Shown: positions 28,403 to 42,251, numbered from the stretch's first letter. The stretch is 64,000 bases of DNA from Auanema rhodensis (GCA_964057225.1 OZ059900.1:9362001-9426000), one strand, 5' to 3'. The notes: a model not told the origin generated them from the letters alone. Numbers and translations: made by a program.

Positions 28403-29815
28403 TTAGTATCGATATCCATTATTTGGAGGCGATTGATATGGTCCAGTTCCAAAATGATATCCTCCTTGGACAGGTTGTGCAAGTGAGGTCTGAATTGATA
28501 TTGATTAGAATCTGAACTGTACTGATTCCTATTTCGAAATATTTTCAGTCATTTAAGCTGTTATATTTTCTTTTGACAATAATCCTTAAAACAGGATAGT
28601 AAGCGGAAATTTTGTTTGAGAAAACGTCAGAAAAAATTGAAAAAGAGACGGCTACAATCCAAATTTGTCGCAATCATACCGGCTTAGAAAAACAGTACAC
28701 CGGTTTCGGCTTCCAAATAAGACAAGTGCGGTGACCGGCTTTGAAATCAGGTAGTAATACGATTGAAAACAAAACTCACGCTCGATGGAGCAGGAGACAT
28801 TCCAGATGGTTCATTGATTAGTTGTCTCTTCATTCTTTTATCTTTAGCACGATTGATAAGCCATACGATGAGCCATACAACTACTGCAACAATAACCAAA
28901 AATCCAAAAATGCAAATCAAGACAATAGCGGCAGCATATTCTCGGTTCCTACAAATGCAGAATATAACAGTCAAAATATTGAAAAAAAGGAAAGATTTGA
29001 GTAAAAATGGCAAAAGGGTGAAAAGAAGCTGTTTAATTGAATCCAATCAAGTAACAAAACTCATGTCGACTCAACATACCATTCGGAATTCTTACAGCAA
29101 CCGTTAGCACAACATCCCAGATCTTTGTAACATTGCTCAACAACAGTAGCCGCTGAGTTTTGAATACCGTAAATACAGTCATAGAATGAAGGATCGATAG
29201 CTGGAAAAATGAAAGAATTGAGTTTACATTGTGCTTTTCATTTATTAATTACCATTAATTCGCTGATCAACAAGCCCTGTTCTCAAGTATCCAGTAGCTC
29301 TTAGATTTGCACTACCTACAGCACCAACAGATCCTGTATCGAATTGACGACCTCCGGTCATTGGATTCATAACATTATTATCTGCTAAAATACAAAAAAA
29401 ACTATATAAACTAATAAATAAAATTGATAAATCATATTAGAATCGTTTATTTGTATTCCGATCTCATAGGTTTCAGCTGAGCAAACGAATCATATGCTTT
29501 TGTTGAGATGAAAAGAAAAATGTTTTGAAAAGCTAGTTTGGATGGAGAATCAAATTGTAATTATTCCAAATAGAAATGAACATTCGAAACTGTATGATAT
29601 TGCTCTTGTTTTAATAATCCAACAGCCAGAATATTACATGAAAACGAGCAATAATGTTTAAAAAAGTAGCAAAAGAAGAGAAAAATATAAAATAGTGATT
29701 GAAACAAATGAATATTTTAAAAATATGAAAGAAAAATTGATAAAATACTGAAAGAATACTACAAACCTGGCATACCATCCCATCTGCTCCAGGGGCCGTT
29801 ACGATCTTGAGCCAT
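28403..29815 (-). CDS. CX-domain (Cys-rich, Shisa-like) single-pass membrane protein
   Basis: Five spliced exons: MAQDRNGPWSRWDGMP | DNNVMNPMTGGRQF...QRIN | AIDPSFYDCIYG...EQCYKDLGCCANGCCKNSEW | NREY, TM helix, NRAKDKRMKR... | TSLAQPVQGGYHFGTGPYQSPPNNGYRY*. No clear signal peptide, so the start is uncertain. Confidence 0.82.
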
Positions 29816-31682
29816 TGCTAGTAACTGTGATAGCTGACGTTTCAGGAAGTGAATAGAAGGCGAACTACCTGCCGAAACAATTGCCCAAGGCTATAGTCCT
29901 GTTAGAAGGATTGTAAAGAAGAATACGCCCCACAGGCAATACGCAGACTACGGAAGATGAGGAGTTTTGGAATTTGAAAAACCGGATAGAAGGCGTCTTT
30001 CTACGTTGACTGAAAGTGCTTTGCTCACAAACACCAGCTCTATTTCTCTCCGTTCATGCAATACAGCTAGATAGTCTCACTCATATAGCATCTCTTTTTA
30101 TAATTCTCTCTCAACAATGCTTTCTGATTGTCTGAAATCTCTCGTAATCCATTGTCTTTTTCTTCAAAGCCTTCCTGTCTCTATCGCTGCTCGTCATTAA
30201 ATAAATAAAATCTAGTCAGACAGAATGAAGCACAACTAAGATGGGGTGTGAACGTCACAGGTTAAAGGACTACTTTATAACGTTCAACAGGTTTTTTCGT
30301 TAAGACACACACATATACATACACTCACACACAAGAAGCTTCTCAATGTCAATTTTGAAATTTGATAATTGATAACTTTAAAGCATAAACTGTACAATAC
30401 AGTCAATGCAACAGCATTAATATGTTTGTTTTTCACTAGCATGTCTTTTCCAAACAGAATTGTTAGCATTTTTTGAATTAAAAACTTGCAGTATGTTCAT
30501 AATCATAAAACTTTATCATAAATAACAAGATTGTGAACGTGTGACGTCAACATTTCATCTTGACAGATATCTTCAAAAATACATGCTGGAATATTAACAA
30601 ATCGGCTCTATTTGCTAACACATGTTCGACGCGTTTTGCCATCACTTCTGGTTTTTTTCTTGTTATATGCTAACTCTCATAACCTGTTTTCTATACACAT
30701 CCTCAAACTTCAAGACAATGTTTGATTCGTTATCACAACTGTTATGAACACTTAGTTAATAACTCACGTAATTTCGTAGCTTAGTTTAATTGTATTCCAA
30801 TTTATTCTTGAACGCTTCCAATGCTGTTATTATAAACATACCTCAAAGACGAAAAAAGCTGATTAAGAGTCATTTATGTGCTTGTTCCAGCTTTGCATCT
30901 TAGAAATCAATGAAGAATATTCATATTCCACGCGTGTATCTAAGCTTATTACTTAGGTTATAATTAATGCTTTGACAACTGAATGACAATTCATTTTCAC
31001 CCCACTATTTGGAATCACCTGAAAGAAAAAATGTTTAAAATAAAGAAAACGAATGAATGAACGATAATTAAATTACATTTTTACAGCATTCACAAAGAAT
31101 ATTAATAACGAGACTTAATTCATTTAACCGATCAAAATCAATAAAATTTTTGGTTATGAAATAGAAAAACTGCGCAGCAAAACAATTATTTTTCAATAAT
31201 CTATTAGTTTAAACACTAAAGTCCATTTTTCCCGCCATTTCTCTATGGATTTTGCATCTGAAATCTGCTTTGTATTCTAAGATTTTTCTAATTAGTTCAA
31301 TTTTCTTTAATAAACCCCACAATTATTAATGAATCTGATGAATACAAGAATTACATTAAAATATATTGCTTGACATTCTATTATTAGATGAAATACTGAC
31401 GTTGTTGTTAATATAATTGATTTGGTTATATCTAATTAGCATATATCTCCCCTGATGAGGTTATGAAAAAAGAAGATGGAAGACGTATAAGTTAACTCAT
31501 TACATCACAAAGTTCTCATATTTCGTTGTTATATATTACGAAATAAACGAATATTCAATAAAATATTTATTCAAAATATTATTAATTTGGCTTATAATAG
31601 AAGGATTTCGATCCAAATTTTGCGTTCTATATGAAAGAACATGGGAAAACCGAATGATTATATAAATATGTATATCTAATTC

Positions 31683-32632
31683 TTAGAGAGCAAGTCTTCC
31701 GGGCAGAATCTTGAAGTTTTTCAATTCAGTTGTAACTGGAGACGAGCAGAGATCCTCGGATAAACTTGGAATGATTTCTTCTTGAGATGAAAATTGATGA
31801 ATATGTCTGAAATATATATATGCGAAGTCTTCTGATGTTTCTTATAAGATTCGGGCAGCTCTTACCTTCCGCGGAGAACGTAAACGATGGTTGAGACTAA
31901 TACAACTGTTCCTACAATTGAACTAATGCATATGACAACAGCCGAAATTATGAATGTGGATGAGTTAGGTGATAGCATCATGTTGTTCTGAATAGGAGGT
32001 TAGAAACACTTCAAAAAGTGACAATTTAGATAGTATACCTTAGTATTTTTAGTGGTTTTCATCTCAAACTGATCATCCAGATTAATTCTAGCTAATGGTT
32101 TGTGGGCAAAAGTAGCAGGGAAAGCAGCTCTATAACTGCAGATAATTGAAAAAGTACACTAACAACGAAATTATCTGAGAACGTACCTTTCTGATGCAAG
32201 AATAATGGAAGGAGGAAGAGTATGCACCTTTTTTGTAGTGGTGGTTATCTCGATCATTGCCAAGGGGGTGGCATCCACCATCAGTAGAGGAGCATTCACG
32301 TTGCTTAGGGAAGTGCGAGTTTGAGAGTCTTCAACAGTTGTTGGGTCAGGGGATTGACTCTTATTCAAATTAGATTTTGAAGTAGTGCTGCTGAGTGAAT
32401 TAGGTTCAGGGGTGATCGAGCTTGCAGTTGAAGCAATATCATCTTGCATTTGAGCTGCTGCCGCCAGAAGATCCTCTTTACCAATATCATTTTTGTCTAA
32501 TTTTTCTTTTGCTAGTTCATAAGCGTTCATAGTTCTAATTACAGGAGATGTTGTTGTTATAACAACAACAGGTTTACAATCACATAGGGAATTGATGATA
32601 AGAAGACATAGTAGACGAGAAAAGATGCGCAT
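31683..32632 (-). CDS. Type I membrane mucin-like protein (262 aa); LRR-less paralog of the let-4 C-terminal half
   Basis: Exons 32632-32187, 32135-32039, 31987-31866, 31806-31683. Signal peptide, Ser/Thr-rich ectodomain, LPPSIILA motif, TM helix AVVICISSIVGTVVLVSTIVYVL, short cytoplasmic tail. Confidence 0.85.
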
Positions 32633-33643
32633 GATCGCTTTTCGATGCTATGAGTTAGTTAATGAAGGGAAACGCAAGTAACTATGAAATGAACCTTATT
32701 AACAGTGGATATGCTATTTGGGGACAATGAAGCTAGGAATAGAGGATAAGGTGAGTACGGAATAAGTAATGAATAAGAGATGCAGCAGGGGGGAGAAGGC
32801 GAATGACTGAATGACAAAGATGTCGAGTAAAGGGAATAGAGTATGGGCTCTTGGCAAAAATGAGCGCGAATGCGCGTAAATGTTCAATTGAGGAGAACCG
32901 CCCAATGCGCTTTTATGATTGACATCACTTTTTTCTTTTGGCAGATAAATGACCTATTTCTGAAGACTCGCTGTGGGGATGCTAGCGATTATCTTCTAAA
33001 TCTGCCTTTGGCAAGCCTTATGTGAGTCATTACATCATTATGTCATGATTAGATCTATGAGAAAAAACTAACTCATTTAATGTGTGCGAAAATTAGCGTA
33101 TGAGAGCAAGCATTAGATTTCTAATAGCCTTATTAGTGCGTAGGTCTTTGATGCTAAGAAAATAATGGCAGATTGAGAATAAATAGTAGGATCAGTGAAA
33201 AAAAGATGAAAAAAAGCTATTGCGCTGATGGGTTTTTTAATATATCTCATACAGCTAAGCATAAGATTAAAGAAAATGGAAGGAATTAATGGTTTATTGA
33301 GATACAAGATGATATACACAAATGAAATATTGACATTGAATTGCATATACTATGTTGTATAATATGGAAAAATGAAGAGATACAAATAGAATATTTCCTA
33401 AATGTAAATAGTTGAACAAAACAAAAAAAAATTATACAAATGCATTGAAAATGTTTAAAAATAAACAAATTATTATTATTATCATTAACGATTATCATTA
33501 TTATGCTATTACAGCTATTTGATTTATAGTTTTCTCACAGATTCTCTATCTTAAATATATGAAAAAGTTGTACCACGTCTTTTTAATAATGTATACTATT
33601 AATACTTCAAATTTGAATATAATATTGCTGTTCATTAGATTGC

Positions 33644-36617
33644 TTATTGGGGTGATTGATCAACGTTAACAGTTTCGACCTTTGAATCCTGAAAATACAT
33701 TCATATTACTTACTCATTTACATTTGAATAATAATTATTATTCAAATAATTGAATAATTAATTCATAATGCATTACTCACCGAGCTAAATTCGCTTTCGG
33801 CAGTTGTGTCACTTGGGGTATTGTCAGTCTTCTTTACAGCAGATTTGGCAAACCATGGAGGTAGACTGTTGAACATCTTTTGACGTTCACGAATGCGTGA
33901 TGGAACAAGACGGGCTGAACGAGCGGTGGTGGTAGCAACAACAGTTGTGTCTTCTTCCTCGTCTTCAGATGTATCTTCTTCCTCCTCTTCTTGATCTTCT
34001 ACAGTTTCTTGGGATTCAGATGTTTCAGATGATTCTTCATCTTCAGTTTCCTCTTCACTATCGTTGTCTTCGACAATTTCTTCAATCTGTTTACGTGGCT
34101 CCTCAGATGGAACATGTTCAGGTGTCATGAGTCCTAAATATCTTGGGCGAGGCTTTCCAGCAGCAGATGGCTTTTTCATTTCTGGCATGGCCTTTTGCAA
34201 TCTCATGAATCTCATCATGTTGATCTAGAAAAATAAATAATTATGCGTTAATTTGTATTACTGATTACCTTTCTAGTGGTGGTTTCAACCTTTTCTACTT
34301 CGGATTCTTTTTCAGTTTCAGATTCCTTTTCAGTTTCGGATTCCTTTTCAGTTTCGGATTTCTTTTCAGTTTCGCTTTCCTTCATACCTTCGGTGGTGGT
34401 GGTTGGAGCTTCAGTTGTAGAGCTGACTTCGGTGCTTTCTTCTTCTGATGATTCATCCATTTCTTCATCTTCACTATCTTCCTCAGAATTAGCTTCTTTC
34501 TCTTCTTTTACTTTCATGGTAGTTGCTTCTTCGGTGGTGGTGGTAGTTGTGGGAGCTTCAGTGGTAGTAGTTGTAGGGTTCATATCGACACCGCAGCAAG
34601 ATGGAAGAGATGGACGAGGAAGAGCCTTGGGGCAAACATTATCAGACTCTTTGCGCCAGTTTGTTTTGCAGATAAGGTTAGGCTCAGTAGTAAGGTTGAT
34701 AGCCTCACGACCATTCATGACGTGGAATCCATCATCAGAACAGACCATTGGGTTTTCTGCAAATATTTTAACATAAATAAAAACAACTCTGAGATATATG
34801 TAATACCTTGAAGACGAACAGTCAAATGATCAGATCCAGTGATGGCTCCAGGTTGTAAGCTTACAAGCTTGTTGTTAGAGAGATCGAGATGATGAAGGTT
34901 GGCCAAATGAAGGAAGGACAATGGCTGAATCTCCTTGATGTTGTTATTGGTAAGAGAAAGCTGACGAAGGTATGGAATTCCTTGGAAGCTGTTTTGGCTG
35001 ATGTTATTCAAGCAGTTATTTGGAAGCCACAAAAGAAGAAGAGGCATTCCTTCGAAACTGCGAGATCCAATTTCAGTAATTTCGTTACTGTCAAGGTTCA
35101 AATGCTGAAGACTGTCCATACCGGCAAAGTAAGATTCTTCGACTTTATCAAAGAAGTTGAAAGAAAGATCCAAAACCTGTAAGCAACTATGTATAACTGA
35201 TAATTCAGCTTTAGCCTAATACCTGAACTTGCTTGAATTGAGACATAACTCCAGAATCAATTCCTCTCAAGTTATTACTAGCGAGATAGATATAATGAAT
35301 GTTTGGACTGTTTACGACAGATTCTAAAAACAAAAAAATTGATAAACTGAGAACTTTGTGTCAGAGATTTTACCTGGGTGAATGTTGGAGATATTGTTAT
35401 TGGAAAGAGTGAGCAGAGATAAGGATTGCATGTTAACAATGGCATCCTTCTCAATCGCTTGCAGCTTAACATTTCAATATTTTACCAACTAAATTACCAA
35501 AATGGTTACTTTATTGTTCTTCATGTGAACGGCAATCAGGTTATCCATGTTTTTCAAAGCACTTCCTGGGAAAGCTGTTAAGCAATTGTTATCAAGAACA
35601 AGATTTTGAAGAGTTGATTTAACAGATCCAAAAGCATCCTCAGAAATAGAACAAATCTATAATGACTTTGTTGAAATATCAAGTATTTAGCAAACAAAGA
35701 ATTTTTCAAAATCATTAAAAATGTTCTAATCTTTTCTTGTGTTCAGAAAAAGAAAAAACAATAAATAATGATAGATAAGGTCATTCACATAGGTCAAATC
35801 GTTTTCAGCAATTTCTATGATGGGTGGCTGGTCGTGACACAAAAACTTCATATATGAACGAACCTTATTGCAGGATAGATCAAGGTCGATTAAAGTGGAA
35901 ATGTTGATAAATGATGATTCGGTCAGATTTCCAATTCTATTGCACTTCATGTGAAGAATGCTTAAAGCTCTAAGTCCAGATAAAGATTTTGTTGGAACCT
36001 GTCAAGTTTTTCATTTCATTGAGATATTATGAATATTGAATATACCTCAGTTAATTTGTTATTAGTCATAGATAACTCAACCAAAGCATTTTCAAGACCA
36101 TGGAAAGCGTCATGATGTAATCTGCGGATGTGATTGTTATCAAGATTAAGTTTCTTAATACGGAGATTTTTGAATGCTCGTGGTCCAATCTGAAGTAAAA
36201 TACGTTCATTAGCAGGTTAAGTATCAAAAAGTTTCAATGTATTATATAAGAAAATGCATAACTAACCTCAACAATATTAGCATTTTCAATGGTTAATTCT
36301 CTGATTTCATGATGTTGCTTCTTCAAATCCTCAATGACTAATGGGCCTTGGTGTCCAGAACACTTGACAATCATTCCCTCGATGTTTTCGGTACATGTAC
36401 ATGCTGACTGAAAACAAACAAAATTGAAATATCATATAATGAATAAAATTTCTATTTTAAACAATTTTACAGTGCTTTTCATCTGTGTGACAACTATGAA
36501 AACACTATCCTTGTTCTCTTTAAAATGACTAACCTGATTTTGGAATAAAGATGGACAGAAAGCGGAAGCAGTTGCTGCTATAGACAGCAATGCAACAATC
36601 CACATATGAAGCTTCAT
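33644..36617 (-). CDS. sym-1: Secreted extracellular leucine-rich-repeat protein with a Thr/Glu-rich mucin-like tail and no TM helix
   Basis: The spliced N-terminus AFCPSLFQNQSACTC...ENANIVEIGPRAFKNLRIKKLNLDNN...KCNRI...SLQNLVLDNNC-type repeats closely resembles C. elegans SYM-1 as I recall it. LRR-CT ENPMVC is present. Adjacent to let-4, as in C. elegans. Ends DSKVETVNVDQSPQ*. Confidence 0.85.
34290..34383 (-). repeat. 18-bp coding tandem repeat (ESETEK, ~5 copies) in sym-1
   Basis: Plus-strand units of the form TTC(G/A)GATT(C/T)(C/T)TTTTCAGT; translation KESETEKKSETEKESETEKESETEKESEVEK. Confidence 0.9.
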
Positions 36618-37524
36618 CTTCTATGCAGATGAAGTAACAGAGAAACACAAAAAAAGGAGGAAGTATCAGATACAACAAGCCAACAACAAATCTTGAGACC
36701 AAATGGCTAGAAAAGTGGTGAAATCGCTGTGGACTCCGCCTGTTTTGTCTCGGTTTTAGATATTAGGTCAAGGCCCAATAAAAGAAGGTCGCATCAGGTA
36801 TGATAGCTGGGAAAAAAAAGAGAAGTATTTAAGATCTTTATGATGTATTATGCACATTGATTTATATCTATTTTGCCATTAGAAATTGAATGATTGGTGT
36901 TTAATCATGATGGGTCATGGATGTGCATTGCCAATAGTAAATCACTTATAGATTATAGCATTACGATACTCATCTTGTCATCTTGAGATCAACATAACTA
37001 CAGAGTACATAAAGTAATTAAGTGAGAAGATGACAAACTCCAAATCTATTATTTGAAATATATTTCACGATTAAGAGAAATTGAAAAAAAAGAGAAAACT
37101 AGGCCAATTATACTGCGTACAAGTTAGGTCATAGGTTCTTAAGTTCGTTATGTATGTATGTTTATATCTAGTAAATGAGTATAGGATGCGACTCAAGTAT
37201 GGTTCAAATTGAAGATAATTTGTCTCATCCTGTATAGTGTCATTATAAACAGGATAAAAATGAAATTGTAATTGAGAGAAATGAAATAAACTGTTATATG
37301 ATGATACAGTGGACTTAATGGATTATGTTGTAGCTACTAAATCAGGTAGCACTGATAGTTATCTAGATTGGATCATTATTGATCATAATTATACAAAAAA
37401 AAAGTTTAAACAATTTAAAACATTTATTACAACAACTCAACAATGACAAACTAATGAGATTTCCATATGATTGTAAATACAATTCAATTTACACATAAAT
37501 ATAATATATGTATATGACTATATC

Positions 37525-40500
37525 CTAATACAGATCGCACACTTCCAATCCTGGTCTTCCACCTCGTCGTGAAGACATTTTAGGAGGATAATTCATGTGA
37601 AAATTATGGTTTAGATTTCCGTTTGCATAATTTCGAGATGATGATTTCATTCTAAAAAAAAAACAAATTATATAAGTATAGTTAGAAAAAACGTGTACCT
37701 GTGTCGCATTGCGCAAAGAATAGAAAATACAATAATCATAATGACTACAACTGAACTCAAACATATTATAATAGCTGTTGTTGGATATGATTTGTTTTTA
37801 CTGATTTTGGGAGCCGCTTCAATCTATAATTAGAATAGTTTCTAATAATTTCCTCAGTATTTCTAATTTCGTACTCTCATACTGTCAGCTTTTTCATTGC
37901 GAAGAGCAAACTGTTGGTAATTCACTTCTGTGGTAGCTTTGAAGTTATCCATGTCACTTATTGGCTTGTTTGGAGCAATAATGATGGATGGTGGCAAGCT
38001 GAACTCATCGTCTGGTGCAGTTGTTGTTGTTGTTGTAGTTATGGCTGATGGGCGAAGAACTCTAACCACCTGAAATGTGAAGTAAACTAATTAAGATACG
38101 TTCTTTATGTACATACCTGTCTACCATTGCCTGGTGCCATTTTCAAAAATGGTATTGGAAATGGAAGAATTCTTCCAGGATTATCTTCTGGTCGAGTTGG
38201 CAGTTTGTCAACAGGGGATGAAGCAGCAACATCTGATTGAGCTGTTTTCACTTCAGCGGTGTTCTCTCCGTTAGAAGCGGGAACTATTGGAGACGGTACT
38301 TCTGGAGATTGTTGTACATGACTAATTGGTCGGAGAATGGGACGAGTTGAAGCTTCGGCAGGTGTTCTGCAAAATTAATGTGAATAGACTACTACTTGCG
38401 TAAATAATTACCTATTCAAAGACATTGGACGAATTTTCAATGGGTTCATTGCTGGAGCTTCTGTTTCAGCTGGGATTGAGTCATTGTTTGTTTCAGTGGC
38501 AACTTCTTCACTCCCATCATCTTCAGCAATCAACGATGGTGTTTCAGTTGTGGTAGTTGTTGTAGTTGGCTTTGAACTACCACAAACTTTGTCTTCGCTG
38601 TTTGGAACAAACATTCCAACACTATCTTGTACCATATGTAACTTTTCCGTGCATACCAATGGATTTTCTAAACAAAGTATTAAACTTGAGAGTAGAGTCA
38701 TCAGTTCAGTTAAAGGTTACCTTTCAGTACTACTGTTCCAATTCTTCTGTTTAATACTGCATATGGTGTTTTTGTTAATTTGTTGTTACTTAAATCGATA
38801 AACAGCAAATTAATCTGAGCCAAAAATGTATTTGGTGCCAGATTGCTGATGAAGTTATGGCTCAAATCCAGAACGACAGTTGATGGTATATTGTGGAATG
38901 CATTTGGATGCACCTCGTGAATCTAAAAACAACCTTGTAATTCGGTAAATTTCGCGAGAAATAGGTCTTGATCGACAGGTCAAATAAAAATTTTTTACAT
39001 CTTTTGATAAGTTTAAAAGATTTGTGACCCAGAAAACAAGCGCGAATCTAACAGGTGTGTACTTTTTGAAGGTCAACAAGAAAACTTTGGGAATTTTAAA
39101 AAGAAGCATTCCATATAAGTTAAGATGGCTGGTTGTACAAGAAAGATGCGCTCATTTGACCAACCTTATTGTTTTTGAAAGATAGTTGTTGTAGATTTGG
39201 TAATCCACTGACGACATCTTCACCTAGCTCAGTAATTTGATTGTCAGAAATAACAAGAATGACTATGGAACTATTGGTGAAAGCCTCTTTTTCGATAGTT
39301 GTGATTGAATTGTTGCCTGAAATAAGCGTATGTCTATTATATTTTGTTGAAAAATTAAATAAGTACCTAAATAAAGCTGCCTAAGAGAAGATTGTTCAGC
39401 AAAAGCACCGTTAGGAATAGTTTCAAGACGATTTTTAGTTAAATCAAGAAATTCCATTCTTTCGAATAAATTAAACTGATGACTGGTCAGTTTAGAGATG
39501 CGATTACCCGTTAGATACATATAACGTAAGTTAGGTACATTGATAAATGCCTGAGTATTGATATCTGATATCACATTATTAGCCAAGTTGAGTAATTGAA
39601 GAACGGGAAGATTCAAGAAGCTTAAAGCTTCCAATGATGAAATATTATTGTGATGAAGATGAAGTGATTGCAATTGAGTTTGTCCACGAATAGCTGAAAT
39701 TTAGAAAGCTATTAGCATCAAGTATTATGCTGGTTATAGCATGCCTTGAGATGGTACGGCACTCAAGCAGTTCCGGCCCAGATTTAATGTTTGAAGGACA
39801 GTCTTAACCTTTTCAAAGATAGCTCCTTGAATCATACAGATTCTATTTCCACTCAAGTTTACATCGAACAGCTATAAAATTCATAAATTGTTCTACAGAA
39901 TGATTTTCAATACATATAATCCTAAGTCTATTGTATTTACATCTATAGCATATCATGCATGTTGAATGATTACGTACCTTAGGTAGAACAGGTAGCACGT
40001 CATCTGGCCGCAAATCGCCAATTGTATTATTAGCCAGGTCAAGGCGAAACAGATTGCGCTGTGTTGAGATGGCTTTACAGGGTATCTGAAAGATACAAAT
40101 TTGAAAAAAACACACATTTGCAGAAACACAAAAGGTTTTTTCCCAAAATTGTTTTAAATCTTTGTTTTTCTGGTACAGAAAGACAAAAGTGATTGGAAAA
40201 TGGAAAAAATTATAAGAAACACAGTAGATAATGAATGTTTTTTCTTCAACTGACCTTGCTCAACTTATTGTTCGATAATATGATTTCAGTAATTACATTA
40301 CTCATGCCCTCAAAAGCTTTTTCGTGTATTTCGCTAATCTCGTTATTCGATAAATCCAGTTGCTTGATGAATAATCCCTCAAAAAAGTTCTCGCTGATTG
40401 TTTGAAGGCTTGCCTAAATGAACAGATTTTTAGTAAAAGCAATCAATGTAAACAGATGAAACGGCCTAGATATGTATGTTTCTGAGATACATTTCTCTTT

Positions 40501-40931
40501 CATTTAACTCACGTTTTTCATGACTAGCGATTGCATCAAGCCAAGTTGGACTTGGTTTCGTTTTAATAGCTGAACTATTTCCGCACCATTTGTATTTGAG
40601 CAATCCAATCTATAACAGAACAAATGACCTTTTTAAAAAAATCTTCACTTGTATACAAGCTTTTTGAACTATATCGTGATTCATAATGCATAGTTATTAA
40701 GGTCATATACATGTGTATGGCTTAATACTACAAGCCAGATATATACGCATAGTGGTTAATCGTTTATAATACAGTGATAAATAGAAAATCTTTTTGTAAA
40801 AACGAAAATTCAACAAACCGTATTCCATTATTATTTTCCTCACATCTACAGACTTCATTTATTTCTTGTGGACATGAAACAACAGACTGAATACTAAGAA
40901 GCACGATAACAGCTATAGATTTCCACCTCAT
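37525..40931 (-). CDS. let-4: Transmembrane extracellular LRR protein of the apical ECM
   Basis: Signal peptide and LRR-NT (CPQEINEVCRC...RLDCS...NQVQLGLMQSL). LRRs such as AIRGQTQLQSLHLHHNNISSLEALSFLNLPVLQLLNLANN and AFINVPNLRYMYLTGN match LET-4/SYM-5 as recalled. Thr-rich stalk; TM exon 37823-37699. One intron is GC-AG. Confidence 0.87.
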
Positions 40932-42251
40932 TTCATATGAACTTTGCTGGTAACTGAAAGGAAAATGGTTTTCAGATGTGCCGAGAAAACGCTTTTCTTT
41001 ACATAGTTTCAAGAAATGTATAAATCTATATAAGCAAAGAAAGGCAAACAAAAGATTGAAACTGGTCATAGTCACGAGGTCCAGATATATTGAGGATATT
41101 CCGGGTAAATATGACTTTTAACTTCTACTGGCTATACGAATATAACACTGTCGAGTTTTTAGACTGCCGGCTAATGTAGTCAGGCAGTTCGATTAACATC
41201 TCATGATTTCTAGAAGGTCATCGTACCAAATAGTCTTTGATAAAGCGACAATGTGAAACAGAAGCAATAAGGAACGCATCTAATTTTTAAAAAATAGTAG
41301 AAATGAGAAAGAGTTTGGTCAAATTCAAATAAAACAAAAATGAGCACGAAAAAAAAAACAAAAATACTGCACGCTGCCAGTTAGCAATCAAGTTACTACA
41401 TGAGGCAGAATTTGAGCGCGAACATCGTTGAAAGAGAGAAGAGGATGAGCGACAAGAACGATTAGGTAACCAGGTCAGTTGGGATGACTGGACGTTTCTA
41501 TCGCACATGCATACCGCCCAGACACATGGACGCACATGACCATGCCCCCATTTTGAAATGAGCGGATACAAAGTCAAAAGTGATTCTGTTTACAAAATTT
41601 TTCGAGCTTTTTTGGGTAACATCAAATGACAAATGTTTAAAAAAATGTTTTTTTTCGTTTGCTTAGGATTACATTTTCATGAGAAATGATTAATAAAGAT
41701 AATAATTTCAAGAATTAATACAAAGATGACATGATTGACATGTTAAGAGGTTTTACGAGATTCAATAGCGAAAATGAACAATGAAAACAAGGGCTATTCG
41801 TTTTATTGAAGAGGAGACTTCACCTTATTTCAATTAATATTCATTTGATTTTGCAAATTCGGCAACTTGTTATGTGAGATAGAGGCTCGCATCCCGCTAC
41901 AGCCATTTAAAACTGCATCATGTCATTGTTAATAGTTACAAAAAAGTAATAGGCATTGAAATAGTTGATATTGACCAATTCAGTTTCAGATATGCATTAT
42001 AATTTTAAAAAAAAGCAAAATACTGCCTTTGGGGACTATTAAACATAATAATTTGTAATTTTCAAAAATAAAATAATCATTGCACTATTACATAATTTTT
42101 TAAATAAAATCATATATCATAATTAGATTGTAGGCTTTCTTTCCTATGTCTTATACCATATGGCTTCTGTTATGCTCCAGTTTTAATAGTAAATAGTACA
42201 TTTGTTCTCTGTAAAATCAATGAATGCCAATGTAGATCTCTTAGCATTAAC

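Noticed and set aside
34276-34776. Long plus-strand ORFs opposite sym-1 and let-4 (also 38484-38801, and 28763-29107 opposite the CX gene)
   Set aside because: Antisense shadows of real or low-complexity exons.
36846-36858. 13-nt match to the 5' end of mir-60 (TATTATGCACATT)
   Set aside because: The 3' part diverges and there is no hairpin partner.
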